Positions 1 through 8,183 of a DNA stretch of 63,788 nucleotides are shown piece by piece. The DNA comes from Thermoflexales bacterium (GTDB taxonomy: Bacteria > Chloroflexota > Anaerolineae > B4-G1 > SLSP01). How positions within the stretch are numbered: position 1 is the stretch's first letter; each line of letters starts with the position of its first letter. The position numbers and the translations under genes were made by a program. Below the pieces are notes generated by a model. It made no database searches, was not told the DNA's origin, and saw only the letters and a list, made by a program, of their open reading frames with translations. The stretch is taken from positions 1-63,788 of the forward strand of contig SLDA01000221.1 of assembly GCA_007125545.1 (NCBI GenBank), in the 5' to 3' direction.

Positions 1-1001
1 TACTGGAGAAGGCTTCACCGGTCGCGCGCTTGGATCCGGAAAACGTTGAAGCCGGTCAGATTATGAGTGAGGCTCAACAGATCCTCAGAGACCAGGACAA
101 CACCTCTCTGCTTAATCTCACGCAGCTCTTGGATCTCGCCACTGCCCCTGTGCCCCGGCGCATCGTTGCAGCGGGAGGCTGGGTCTATATTATGAACACG
201 GCAACTGATTCCGTCATTGGCCTGCCTTTGGAGCAGGATGGACTCTCGCTCTCGACTGATAGCCAAACCTCGATTCTCCGGCGGGGCCAAACGCACCAGG
301 ATGTCACGGTCGGCAGCCTCGTTGATTTTGCCTGGCTGTCGCCGAACCCCTACTATCCAGATGGCGCTGTTCTGATCTACAGCGACGAGGGGCAGCTGTA
401 CATCTACGAGTCCACGCGCGGTCCTGGGAACATCACGATCCAGCAGATCGATGGCAGCTATGGCCCGGGCGCTGTCACGGTAATGGAGACCTTCGGCCAG
501 CGGTTTTATCTGGTCAATCGCCAGCTCAACCAGATTCTGATGTATGAGCCGCTCAACGGCATCTACAGAAGTCCGCGCGAGTATTTTGCAGCAGGAGCCA
601 TTCCCGATCTGTATCAGATACAAGATATGGGCATTGACGGACGGGTTTATCTGCTGATGGGCAATAGTGAACTGAAGACCTACTTCGCTGGCACAGAAGA
701 CCACTCCTTCAACTTGAGAGGGCTACCACACGGGACCTTCGAACCCCGGCTTTTATTGGTGGAACCGGATGGTGAGAAGGGCTATGTATACCTTGTCGAC
801 CCTGCGCAGGAGCGCATTATGATTGTGGATAAGCGCGGAAACTTCGTCCATCAGTACCGCTTCCCCCGGGGCGAAGTCACACGTATAGAGTCCCTGGCCG
901 TTAGCTACACCCCCCGCCGCGTGCTATACCTGATCGCAGACAACTACCTCTACACTGCGCCGCTACCACTTCCTCGCCTCGAGACGAATGCCGCACCCTG
1001 A
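1..1001 (+). CDS. C-terminal part of a repeat-rich (beta-propeller-like) protein; the 5' end lies outside the window
   Basis: The frame of ORF 30..1001 stays open back to base 3 with no stop, so the gene is cut by the window edge. Recurring strand-like repeats (LYIYES, FYLVNR, VYLLMG, VYLVDP, LYLIAD) are present. No family recognised. Confidence 0.45.
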   Translation, partial: LEKASPVARLDPENVEAGQIMSEAQQILRDQDNTSLLNLTQLLDLATAPVPRRIVAAGGWVYIMNTATDSVIGLPLEQDGLSLSTDSQTSILRRGQTHQDVTVGSLVDFAWLSPNPYYPDGAVLIYSDEGQLYIYESTRGPGNITIQQIDGSYGPGAVTVMETFGQRFYLVNRQLNQILMYEPLNGIYRSPREYFAAGAIPDLYQIQDMGIDGRVYLLMGNSELKTYFAGTEDHSFNLRGLPHGTFEPRLLLVEPDGEKGYVYLVDPAQERIMIVDKRGNFVHQYRFPRGEVTRIESLAVSYTPRRVLYLIADNYLYTAPLPLPRLETNAAP

Positions 1002-1024
1002 GGAGCCGGACCCGACGACACGCA

Positions 1025-1618
1025 ATGTCAACCCTTGAAACTATACGCACTTTTATTGCGATCCCGCTGCCCCATGAGCTGACCGATCAACTCGGCCAAG
1101 TACAGAAACAGTTGCGTCGGAGCGCACCCGACTGCGTGCGATGGGTGGCACCTTCTAAGATCCACCTGACCATTTATTTCCTGGGCGACGTGCTCACCGA
1201 CCGCATAGATCCAATACGAGAAGCCCTGACCGTCGTAGCTCGCAATCTGCAACCCTTCGATTTCGAGGTAAGTGGGCTGGGCGCCTTCCCCAATCCACAC
1301 CGGGCGCGCGTCCTCTGGGTCGGTATCAAAGACCCCACCTCGTGGCTCGGTCTACTGCAGGACGCAGTTGCCGAAGCAATGGCCCACTTGGGGTTTCAAC
1401 GTGAAACCCGCAAGTTCTCACCACATCTGACGTTGGGCCGCGTCAAGCGGGGGACCAGCGCGGGGGAGCTCCGCGAACTGGGCGCCATTATTGAAACGAC
1501 CCAAGTTGGTATTCTGGGTACGGTGACCGTTGAAGAGCTGATCTTGTTCCAGAGTACGCTCAAGCCCGGGGGTGCCGAGTACTCTCCACTCGGGCACTTC
1601 GAACTTAGAAGCCCCTAG
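1025..1618 (+). CDS. thpR: RNA 2',3'-cyclic phosphodiesterase (2H phosphoesterase, LigT/ThpR family)
   Basis: 197 aa with two H-x-T-x motifs (HLTIYF and HLTLGR) at the spacing typical of 2H phosphoesterases. Confidence 0.85.
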   Translation: MSTLETIRTFIAIPLPHELTDQLGQVQKQLRRSAPDCVRWVAPSKIHLTIYFLGDVLTDRIDPIREALTVVARNLQPFDFEVSGLGAFPNPHRARVLWVGIKDPTSWLGLLQDAVAEAMAHLGFQRETRKFSPHLTLGRVKRGTSAGELRELGAIIETTQVGILGTVTVEELILFQSTLKPGGAEYSPLGHFELRSP

Positions 1619-1635
1619 GATAGACAGTCGACGAT

Positions 1636-2745
1636 TCAGACCTCGTGCGGCAAGAGACCACGGTAGACCTCTAGCGTCTCGGCTGCTGCCTTCGCCCAGC
1701 TGAAGCGCGCAGCTTGCAGCCGCCCCGCCTCACGGAGGCGCTGCTGCAGGGCAGGATCACCGGCGATCCGCCGGCAGGCGTCAGCGATCATCTCGGGCGA
1801 GTCCGGATCGATCAGAATGCCGGCCTCACCCACGACCTCGGGCAGACTAGCGCGGTTCGATGCGACCACAGGCGTCCCACATTGCATAGCCTCCAACGCG
1901 GGCAGCCCAAATCCCTCATAGAAAGAGGGGATCACCAGCATCAACGCGCCGTTGTAAAGCGCTACCAGTTCGTCCACTGTGAGACCTTCCAGAAAACGGA
2001 TATAGGGTTCAAGCTTGAGAGCTGCGATCTGACTGTGGATCTCACCACCGTGCCAACCGGGACGTCCCGCCACTACCAATTGAGGAGCATCGCCGCGCGT
2101 GCGCCACAAACTGAGGGCATCCAGGAGTCCTGACAAGTTCTTGCGCGGGTCCCATACCCCGACGAAGAGTAGATAGCCCGGGCGCAATGCATGGCGGGCC
2201 AGATGCGGCCCGATCTGCTCTGGGTTCAGCGGCCGAAACTCCTCCGCAGCAGCTAGGTGCACAACCACACTACGTTCAGGCGCGACGTCAAGCAAATCCG
2301 CGAGGTCACGACGGGTTGCGTCTGAGTCGACGATGATCGCATCGGCCCGCTTCACTGCCCAACGAATCTGACGGTTGTAGTAACGCCGGGCCTCGACAGC
2401 TAAATATTCAGGATAGCGAAGGAAATTAAGATCATGAATGGTAGCAACCATACGCCGAGCGCCCCACGCAGGAGGAATGAAATCGGTACTGTGGAAGACG
2501 TCCAGCTTCAAGGAGGCGATTTCGGCGCCAAGTAACCATTTTTCGAGACTGTGATGCGGCGGAGTCCATACAGTCCGGTTCCTTACCCCCGGTAGTGTGA
2601 GCGGGTCTTGCTCGTGGCGATGGGAAATCAAGATCAGGCTCTCTTGTGCACGTTGTTCTACTAGGGCACGCGCGAGACGTCGCGCATAGTAGGAAATACC
2701 GCCAGGGGCGTACGCGTGCAGCCGCACGTCGATACCAATGTTCAT
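1636..2745 (-). CDS. Glycosyltransferase family 4 (GT-B fold)
   Basis: C-terminal EGFGLPALEAMQCGTPVVAS motif. Start moved to the internal ATG at 2745 (MNIGIDV...), which is preceded by GGGAGGA. Confidence 0.85.
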   Translation of the reverse strand: MNIGIDVRLHAYAPGGISYYARRLARALVEQRAQESLILISHRHEQDPLTLPGVRNRTVWTPPHHSLEKWLLGAEIASLKLDVFHSTDFIPPAWGARRMVATIHDLNFLRYPEYLAVEARRYYNRQIRWAVKRADAIIVDSDATRRDLADLLDVAPERSVVVHLAAAEEFRPLNPEQIGPHLARHALRPGYLLFVGVWDPRKNLSGLLDALSLWRTRGDAPQLVVAGRPGWHGGEIHSQIAALKLEPYIRFLEGLTVDELVALYNGALMLVIPSFYEGFGLPALEAMQCGTPVVASNRASLPEVVGEAGILIDPDSPEMIADACRRIAGDPALQQRLREAGRLQAARFSWAKAAAETLEVYRGLLPHEV

Positions 2746-2840
2746 CCCGCCCATCCTCCCAACAGGACCGATACGCAAAACGTGTTACCTCGTCTCACAC
2801 CGACCTCCTGCTACGGCCATCAGCGGTGATAATTCCGAGA

Positions 2841-3794
2841 TTAGTACTCTTCGGAAGGGTCCACCACATTGAGCAACGGGGCGCCTGTGACATAACGTTC
2901 CAAGTTGTCGACAAAGAGGTCCATTTCGCGCGACTTCAGATGTGGTGTGCTCCAGCTATTGTGAGGCGTGATGATGACATTGGGGAGGTCCCATAGGGGT
3001 GAGGCTTCGGACAACGGCTCCTCCACGAAGACATCCAGGGCCGCTCCCCCAATCGATCCGGCTGACAGTGCTCTGGTCAACGCTTCCTGATCGACAATCG
3101 CGCCCCGCGCTACATTGATTAAGACACCAGTCGGGCGCATTGCCGCCAACTCTCTACTACCCAGCAGCCCACGGGTCTCGCTCGTAGCAGGTAACGCAAT
3201 CACCACATAGTCCGAGGCAGCCAGCAACTCAGTCAAACGCGTGGTTCCCATCATTTCATCGACAAGGGGGCTGCCCTTCTCGGCATGCCGGCGCATAGCA
3301 AGGACCCGCATTCCGAAGGCCTTGCAGCGCCGTGCCACCTCTGTTCCAATGCCGCCCATCCCCAGAATGCCCACGGTCGTTCCGGCGAGTTCTTGGAGCC
3401 TGAGCAATCGCCACTTTCGTTCTCGCTGCTGCGCAAGCAGCTCCGGCATACGCTTGGCGAAGAGTAAAATGTAAGCCAGAACGGTCTCGGCAATTGGCAC
3501 GTCAAAGACGCCGGCGGCATTCGTGATCAGCACATCCCTATCTGGATGTAAGGCAGCCAAGACGTGATCGATCCCTGCAGTGACGGTATGCACCCAACGG
3601 AGCGAAGACGGGTGCAGCACAGCCTTCACGGTCGTGTCTGAGAGGGACCAGGGCAACATCACAACCTCGACGCCGTGCAAGTCGCCGCTTATCTGGCCGT
3701 CATTGTCAATGACCACGAGATCACACGCATCCAGGAGCGCGCAAGCGCGGGTCTGCATCAAGTCCAAGACAAACTGCGGCACGACGATCTTCAT
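2841..3794 (-). CDS. D-isomer-specific 2-hydroxyacid dehydrogenase, NAD-binding
   Basis: GILGMGGIGTEVARR Rossmann motif and ITPHNS catalytic-His region. Start placed at MKIVVPQ (ATG 3794); the longer ORF N-terminus looks non-coding. Confidence 0.85.
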   Translation of the reverse strand: MKIVVPQFVLDLMQTRACALLDACDLVVIDNDGQISGDLHGVEVVMLPWSLSDTTVKAVLHPSSLRWVHTVTAGIDHVLAALHPDRDVLITNAAGVFDVPIAETVLAYILLFAKRMPELLAQQRERKWRLLRLQELAGTTVGILGMGGIGTEVARRCKAFGMRVLAMRRHAEKGSPLVDEMMGTTRLTELLAASDYVVIALPATSETRGLLGSRELAAMRPTGVLINVARGAIVDQEALTRALSAGSIGGAALDVFVEEPLSEASPLWDLPNVIITPHNSWSTPHLKSREMDLFVDNLERYVTGAPLLNVVDPSEEY

Positions 3795-3978
3795 AGTACC
3801 TGCCAAGTCTTGCGGATTAGAGTAACAGTCCCGAGGATAGCGGTTTCGGACCAAAGGGCAAACAGGGAGCGAGCCCGCGGGCTTAGAATACGGCCTGCGC
3901 AGTGCGGGCAGATGCCGCAAGTTAAATTGCGGACCTTTACCTGCTCGCATCCTGTGTTATCATGCGAGGGGAGGGAAT

Positions 3979-5154
3979 ATGGCAAGACCTTACATCGTAC
4001 ATTATGGCGAACTTGGGCTCAAAGGACGCAATCGGATCAGCTTTGAGCGCCAGCTCGTCAACAACATCCGCAGGGCACTGGAGGATTTGGAGGACCAGGG
4101 CCAAATGAAGGTTCAACGCCTTCCCAGTTATCTCTTAGTGAAGCCGCCGTCTGAAGTTCCGGAAGCGAAAGTAGAAGCACGGCTCCAACAGATTCCCGGG
4201 ATTGCATATTTCGCGCCAATCGTGACCACACCCCTCGACATAGCCGAAATAACCTCGGCCGCCGTGGAAATGGCGCGCGAGATTATCACACCGGAAACTA
4301 CCTTCAGAATCCAAGCTACCCGGGGTAACAAGACCTTTCCAATCACTTCCCCTGAAGTAGGTCGCGAGGTGGGAGGAGCGGTACAGGAAGCCACGGGTGC
4401 GCCCGTGAACTTGAGGCATCCGGATGTCACCTTGAGTATTCAGATCTATGATGATCAAGCCTACCTCTTCGCACGGCGTATTCGAGGACTGGGGGGGCTT
4501 CCGGTTGGCTCCAGTGGGCGGGTGCTGGCGCTCTTCTCCGGGGGGATTGATTCCCCTGTGGCGGCGCATCTTCTGATGAAGCGAGGGTGCCTGATGGACT
4601 TTGTCCACTTTCACTTGCTGCGTGGTGAGAGCGAGATCCGAGAGTCCAAGATTGCAGCGATGGCGAGGAAGGTTCTCGTCCCACATCGCGCTCCCGGACG
4701 GCTCCATATGCTGTCGGCGGCTCCTTTCGAGGCCGCTATGGCGGGGCTCGATTCACGCGTTGCCACCGTGGTTTTCCGGCGGTTTATTATGCGTGCGGCG
4801 GAGTCGTTGGCCAATCGACGCCGCATTCCGGCTCTGGTCACAGGCGAGAGCGTCGGGCAAGTTGCCTCGCAAACCCTTAAGAATATCAACCTCATTTCCG
4901 AGGCTACCCAACTGCCTATCTTGCGGCCCCTGATCGGCATGGATAAGGAAGAGATTATCGAGATCGCGCAGTCCATTGGGACTTACGAACTCTCCATCAA
5001 GCCCTACCAGGACCCTTGTTCACTCCATGCTCGCCATCCTGCCACCTGGGCCCGCCACTCGGCGGTCGAAGAGGTCGAGACACGGATCGATGTAGACGCA
5101 CTACTTGAAGAGACGCTAAGCCAACATCTGCTCACGATCAGAATCACCTTTTGA
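3979..5154 (+). CDS. thiI: tRNA 4-thiouridine synthase / sulfur carrier ThiI (no rhodanese domain)
   Basis: N-terminal YGELGLKGRNR (ferredoxin-like/THUMP region) and PP-loop SGGIDSPVAA. 391 aa. Confidence 0.9.
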   Translation: MARPYIVHYGELGLKGRNRISFERQLVNNIRRALEDLEDQGQMKVQRLPSYLLVKPPSEVPEAKVEARLQQIPGIAYFAPIVTTPLDIAEITSAAVEMAREIITPETTFRIQATRGNKTFPITSPEVGREVGGAVQEATGAPVNLRHPDVTLSIQIYDDQAYLFARRIRGLGGLPVGSSGRVLALFSGGIDSPVAAHLLMKRGCLMDFVHFHLLRGESEIRESKIAAMARKVLVPHRAPGRLHMLSAAPFEAAMAGLDSRVATVVFRRFIMRAAESLANRRRIPALVTGESVGQVASQTLKNINLISEATQLPILRPLIGMDKEEIIEIAQSIGTYELSIKPYQDPCSLHARHPATWARHSAVEEVETRIDVDALLEETLSQHLLTIRITF

Positions 5155-5235
5155 GGCTTTTCGCTCTTCTACCCTCTGCTATACTAAGAGTATAAGCCAG
5201 TACAACGCTTCTCAGTACGGACGGAGGGCCACTAC

Positions 5236-6522
5236 ATGGATATGCGCACCTTCATCGCGGAGCTGGATGCAGCAGGGGAACTGCACCACATCGTCAGACG
5301 CGTCTCTCCGGAATTCGAGGTGGCTAGCATTCTGGCGCGCCAGGACGGGCAGCCGCTGCTCTTCGAGCAGCTTGAGGGCTACCCCGATTGGCAGCTTGCT
5401 GCAGGCTACGTGGCTCAACGTGCGCATTTTGCTCGCGTCTTGGGCGTCGAGGTGAACGCACTGATCCCTCGGATCATCGACGCCGTCGCGCATCCGGTGC
5501 AGCCTCCCCTAATCGAGAATGCGCCGTGCCAGGAGGTGATCGAAACCGATGTCGATCTGGCGCGGATACCCATTCCACGCTATCACCCGCTTGATGGAGG
5601 GCCTTACATTACGACCGGTGTCGCCGTCATTAGCGACCCCGACCATGGGCGTAATCTATCTTTCCACCGGCTGATGCGAATCGGAAAAGACCGGCTGGTG
5701 GGACGCATAGTCGAGCAGCGCGGGACGGATACGGCGTGGCGCAAGCTGCCGGACGGATTGCCGATGGCGGTGTGTATTGGCCTTCCGCCTCACATCTTGT
5801 TGGCCGCGGCGACCTCTCCGGCCAGAGGAACGGATGAATTGGCTATAGCCCAGGCGATGGCACCAGCACCGGCGACGAAAGCCTGGAGTGTGCCGCTGGA
5901 GATACCGGCCTATGCAGAGCTGGTGCTAGAGGGGGTCCTGACCCACGAATTTGCACCGGAAGGACCATTCCCAGATCTGTCCGGCACGATGGATGGCATC
6001 AGGGAGCAGCCCATCTTTCGAGTCACCACCATTACTCATCGCCGTTCACCCATCTTCCATGCCTTGCTTCCGGCAGGGCTGGAGCACAAGAATCTTATGG
6101 GTATGCCTCGAGAACCCACGATGTACGCCGAAGTCAATAAGGTCACGGACTGCACCGATGTGCGCATCACACCAGGCGGATGCTCCTGGCTGCATGCGGC
6201 GATCCAGATCGAGCCCAATGGGCCGGAAGATGCGCGCCGGGCTATTGAAGCGGCTTTCCGAGGTCACAGTTCACTGAAGCATGTGGTCGTCGTCAACACC
6301 GATGTGGACATCCATAATCCAAGCGAGATTGAGTGGGCCATTGCGACACGGTTCCAAGCAGATCAAGATCTGATCGTGCTAGAGGACCAGCCGAGCTCCA
6401 GTCTGGACCCCAGCGCGCGTCAGATACCAGGAGGTAAGACAAGGACAGCCAAGATGGGATTGGATGCAACGGTGCCCTGGGGGGCTCCGCGGGAAGGCTA
6501 TGTGCGGGTTCACTATACGTGA
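5236..6522 (+). CDS. UbiD-family (prenyl-FMN dependent) decarboxylase, short form
   Basis: 428 aa. N-terminal FIAELDAAGEL...V and the overall pattern are typical of UbiD/Fdc-type decarboxylases. It is shorter than classical UbiD. Confidence 0.8.
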   Translation: MDMRTFIAELDAAGELHHIVRRVSPEFEVASILARQDGQPLLFEQLEGYPDWQLAAGYVAQRAHFARVLGVEVNALIPRIIDAVAHPVQPPLIENAPCQEVIETDVDLARIPIPRYHPLDGGPYITTGVAVISDPDHGRNLSFHRLMRIGKDRLVGRIVEQRGTDTAWRKLPDGLPMAVCIGLPPHILLAAATSPARGTDELAIAQAMAPAPATKAWSVPLEIPAYAELVLEGVLTHEFAPEGPFPDLSGTMDGIREQPIFRVTTITHRRSPIFHALLPAGLEHKNLMGMPREPTMYAEVNKVTDCTDVRITPGGCSWLHAAIQIEPNGPEDARRAIEAAFRGHSSLKHVVVVNTDVDIHNPSEIEWAIATRFQADQDLIVLEDQPSSSLDPSARQIPGGKTRTAKMGLDATVPWGAPREGYVRVHYT

Positions 6523-6684
6523 AGATTGCTTTCTACGAGATTACGCCAGAGGAGGTTTTCCGGTTTACAAACCCACGAAGTGGGGACGCTATCTTGAGTG
6601 GGTGGGCACTTTACGATTTTTGTTGGGTGCCACTCGAGATGGTGAGGAGCCCTTCAAGAGAGGGCCTTAATCAATTAGGAGGGT

Positions 6685-7635
6685 ATGATGAAGTTCAGAG
6701 ATACGTTTAACAGGATTGTCGTCGTCATTGCGTGCCTGGTGTTGATAGCGGCCGTCGTGGCTCTCGTCGCTTTTCCCACCATATTCATCACGGCGGGTGA
6801 GTGGCTCGCAGGATTGGGCCAGATCTTCGAAAATGGGCAGACGCCTGAAGTTGTGATTGGTGCCGTGGTAGCGTTTTTGGTGGTCTTACTGCTAGCTTTC
6901 GTGATCTATTGGCAACTCCGGTCGATGCGCGGCGGGTTTGTCAGGGTCCAGCGGGTCACCGGGGGTACGGCGAAAGTCAGCACGAAGAGCGCCAAAGATA
7001 TGCTAGAACACCAGCTGGCGCTCGTGCCCGGCGTCTTGGAGATCGATTCGCAGGTGCGCGCGCGCGGCAATCGCGTAAGCGTTCAGGTAGAAGCCGACGT
7101 CAGGGGAGGCACCAACGTACCTGAGGCCGCAAACCGTATGATCAAGGAAACGCAACGCGTCTTCACGGATGAACTTGGCCTCCAGATCGAGGGACCACCC
7201 GAGGTGTCGGTAACGATAGTTCGCGACGAGGCGGAGGTCGAACGACGAGAGGAAGCGGCGCGATCCGCTCAGCCGAGCTCCTATACGGCAGTTGAGGCCG
7301 ATCGGCGCGAGGACGTAAGGGAACGACGACGAAAGCCCGTGATGGCTGAGGAGGAAATGGCGCCGGTGGTACCCGAGCCGTCCGAAGAGGAACTACGGGA
7401 ACTCGAGGAGCCGGAAGTGGAGGAACGCCGTCGCTATGAGGTCGAGGAACGGGAACAAGAACGGGAGCGGCTCGAATCCGATCGAGGCCCGTTCGATACA
7501 GAACCTGACTATGAGGAAATCGAGGCCTACGAAACAGAGGATATGGAGGCCGAGGGCGACGATGATGAATATCGACCAGAGGGTGGGAAACCGACCAATC
7601 GTTATGATGATGGAGAGGAGATCCATACCCATTGA
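6685..7635 (+). CDS. Membrane-anchored Asp23/AmaP-like protein with a long acidic Glu/Arg-rich C-terminal tail
   Basis: GGAGGG RBS before the ATG. Two N-terminal hydrophobic helices, then an Asp23-like segment (LALVPGVLEIDSQVRARGNRVSVQVEADV...), then an E/R/D low-complexity tail. Confidence 0.6.
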   Translation: MMKFRDTFNRIVVVIACLVLIAAVVALVAFPTIFITAGEWLAGLGQIFENGQTPEVVIGAVVAFLVVLLLAFVIYWQLRSMRGGFVRVQRVTGGTAKVSTKSAKDMLEHQLALVPGVLEIDSQVRARGNRVSVQVEADVRGGTNVPEAANRMIKETQRVFTDELGLQIEGPPEVSVTIVRDEAEVERREEAARSAQPSSYTAVEADRREDVRERRRKPVMAEEEMAPVVPEPSEEELRELEEPEVEERRRYEVEEREQERERLESDRGPFDTEPDYEEIEAYETEDMEAEGDDDEYRPEGGKPTNRYDDGEEIHTH

Positions 7636-7640
7636 GTGAC

Positions 7641-8177
7641 ATGACCAAACTGACACCGGAGGCGTTAATCGAAGCCATGATCTTTGTGGCGCCGCGACCT
7701 GTGTCAGTGGAGGAGCTTGCTCGGGCAGCCGAACTCTCTGAAGAGGAGATTGTGGCCGCACTAGCCAATCTAGAAGCCCAGTTTTCACAGCAGGGATTAC
7801 GTCTCCAACGGAGCCGTGACCGGTATCAATTGGTCACGGCTCCTGAAGCGGCGCCGCAAATCGAAGCCCTGCTGGGACTGGATGTGACACTGCGTCTGAC
7901 CCAGGCGGCTATGGAGACCTTATCGATCGTCGCATATGCCCAGCCTGTAACACGTCCCCACCTGGAGGCGATTCGCGGGGTCAACTCGGACAGTACTCTG
8001 CGCACGTTGCTCTCCGCCGGGCTGATCGAGGAGGTCGGGCGAGCTGAAACACTGGGGCGTCCGATTCTCTACGGTACGACATTTGAGTTCTTGCAGCAGT
8101 TTGGCCTGAAGGAAGCAGGAGACCTGCCCTCCCTGCAGGCGAAGGATATCTCAGAATCCGATCTAACACCCCCGTAA
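7641..8177 (+). CDS. scpB: SMC-ScpAB complex subunit ScpB
   Basis: EALIEAMIFVA..PVSVEELA and LSIVAYAQPVTRPHLEAIRGVNSD...LGRP.LYGTT..FL..FGL are hallmark ScpB winged-helix segments. ATG at 7641 preferred over TTG at 7632. Confidence 0.9.
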   Translation: MTKLTPEALIEAMIFVAPRPVSVEELARAAELSEEEIVAALANLEAQFSQQGLRLQRSRDRYQLVTAPEAAPQIEALLGLDVTLRLTQAAMETLSIVAYAQPVTRPHLEAIRGVNSDSTLRTLLSAGLIEEVGRAETLGRPILYGTTFEFLQQFGLKEAGDLPSLQAKDISESDLTPP

Positions 8178-8183
8178 TCCGCA

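Noticed and set aside
6519-6710. 63-codon ORF overlapping the UbiD stop and the Asp23-like start
   Set aside because: It starts at a GTG, has no visible RBS, and overlaps the strongly supported GGAGGG-ATG start at 6685 by 26 nt. It is not called as a gene, although translation cannot be excluded.
7163-7788. 201-aa and 131-aa minus-strand ORFs opposite the Asp23-like tail and the scpB start
   Set aside because: They are generated by the GA/GC-rich repetitive acidic-tail coding sequence. The translation is Pro/Arg/Ser low-complexity and there is no independent support.
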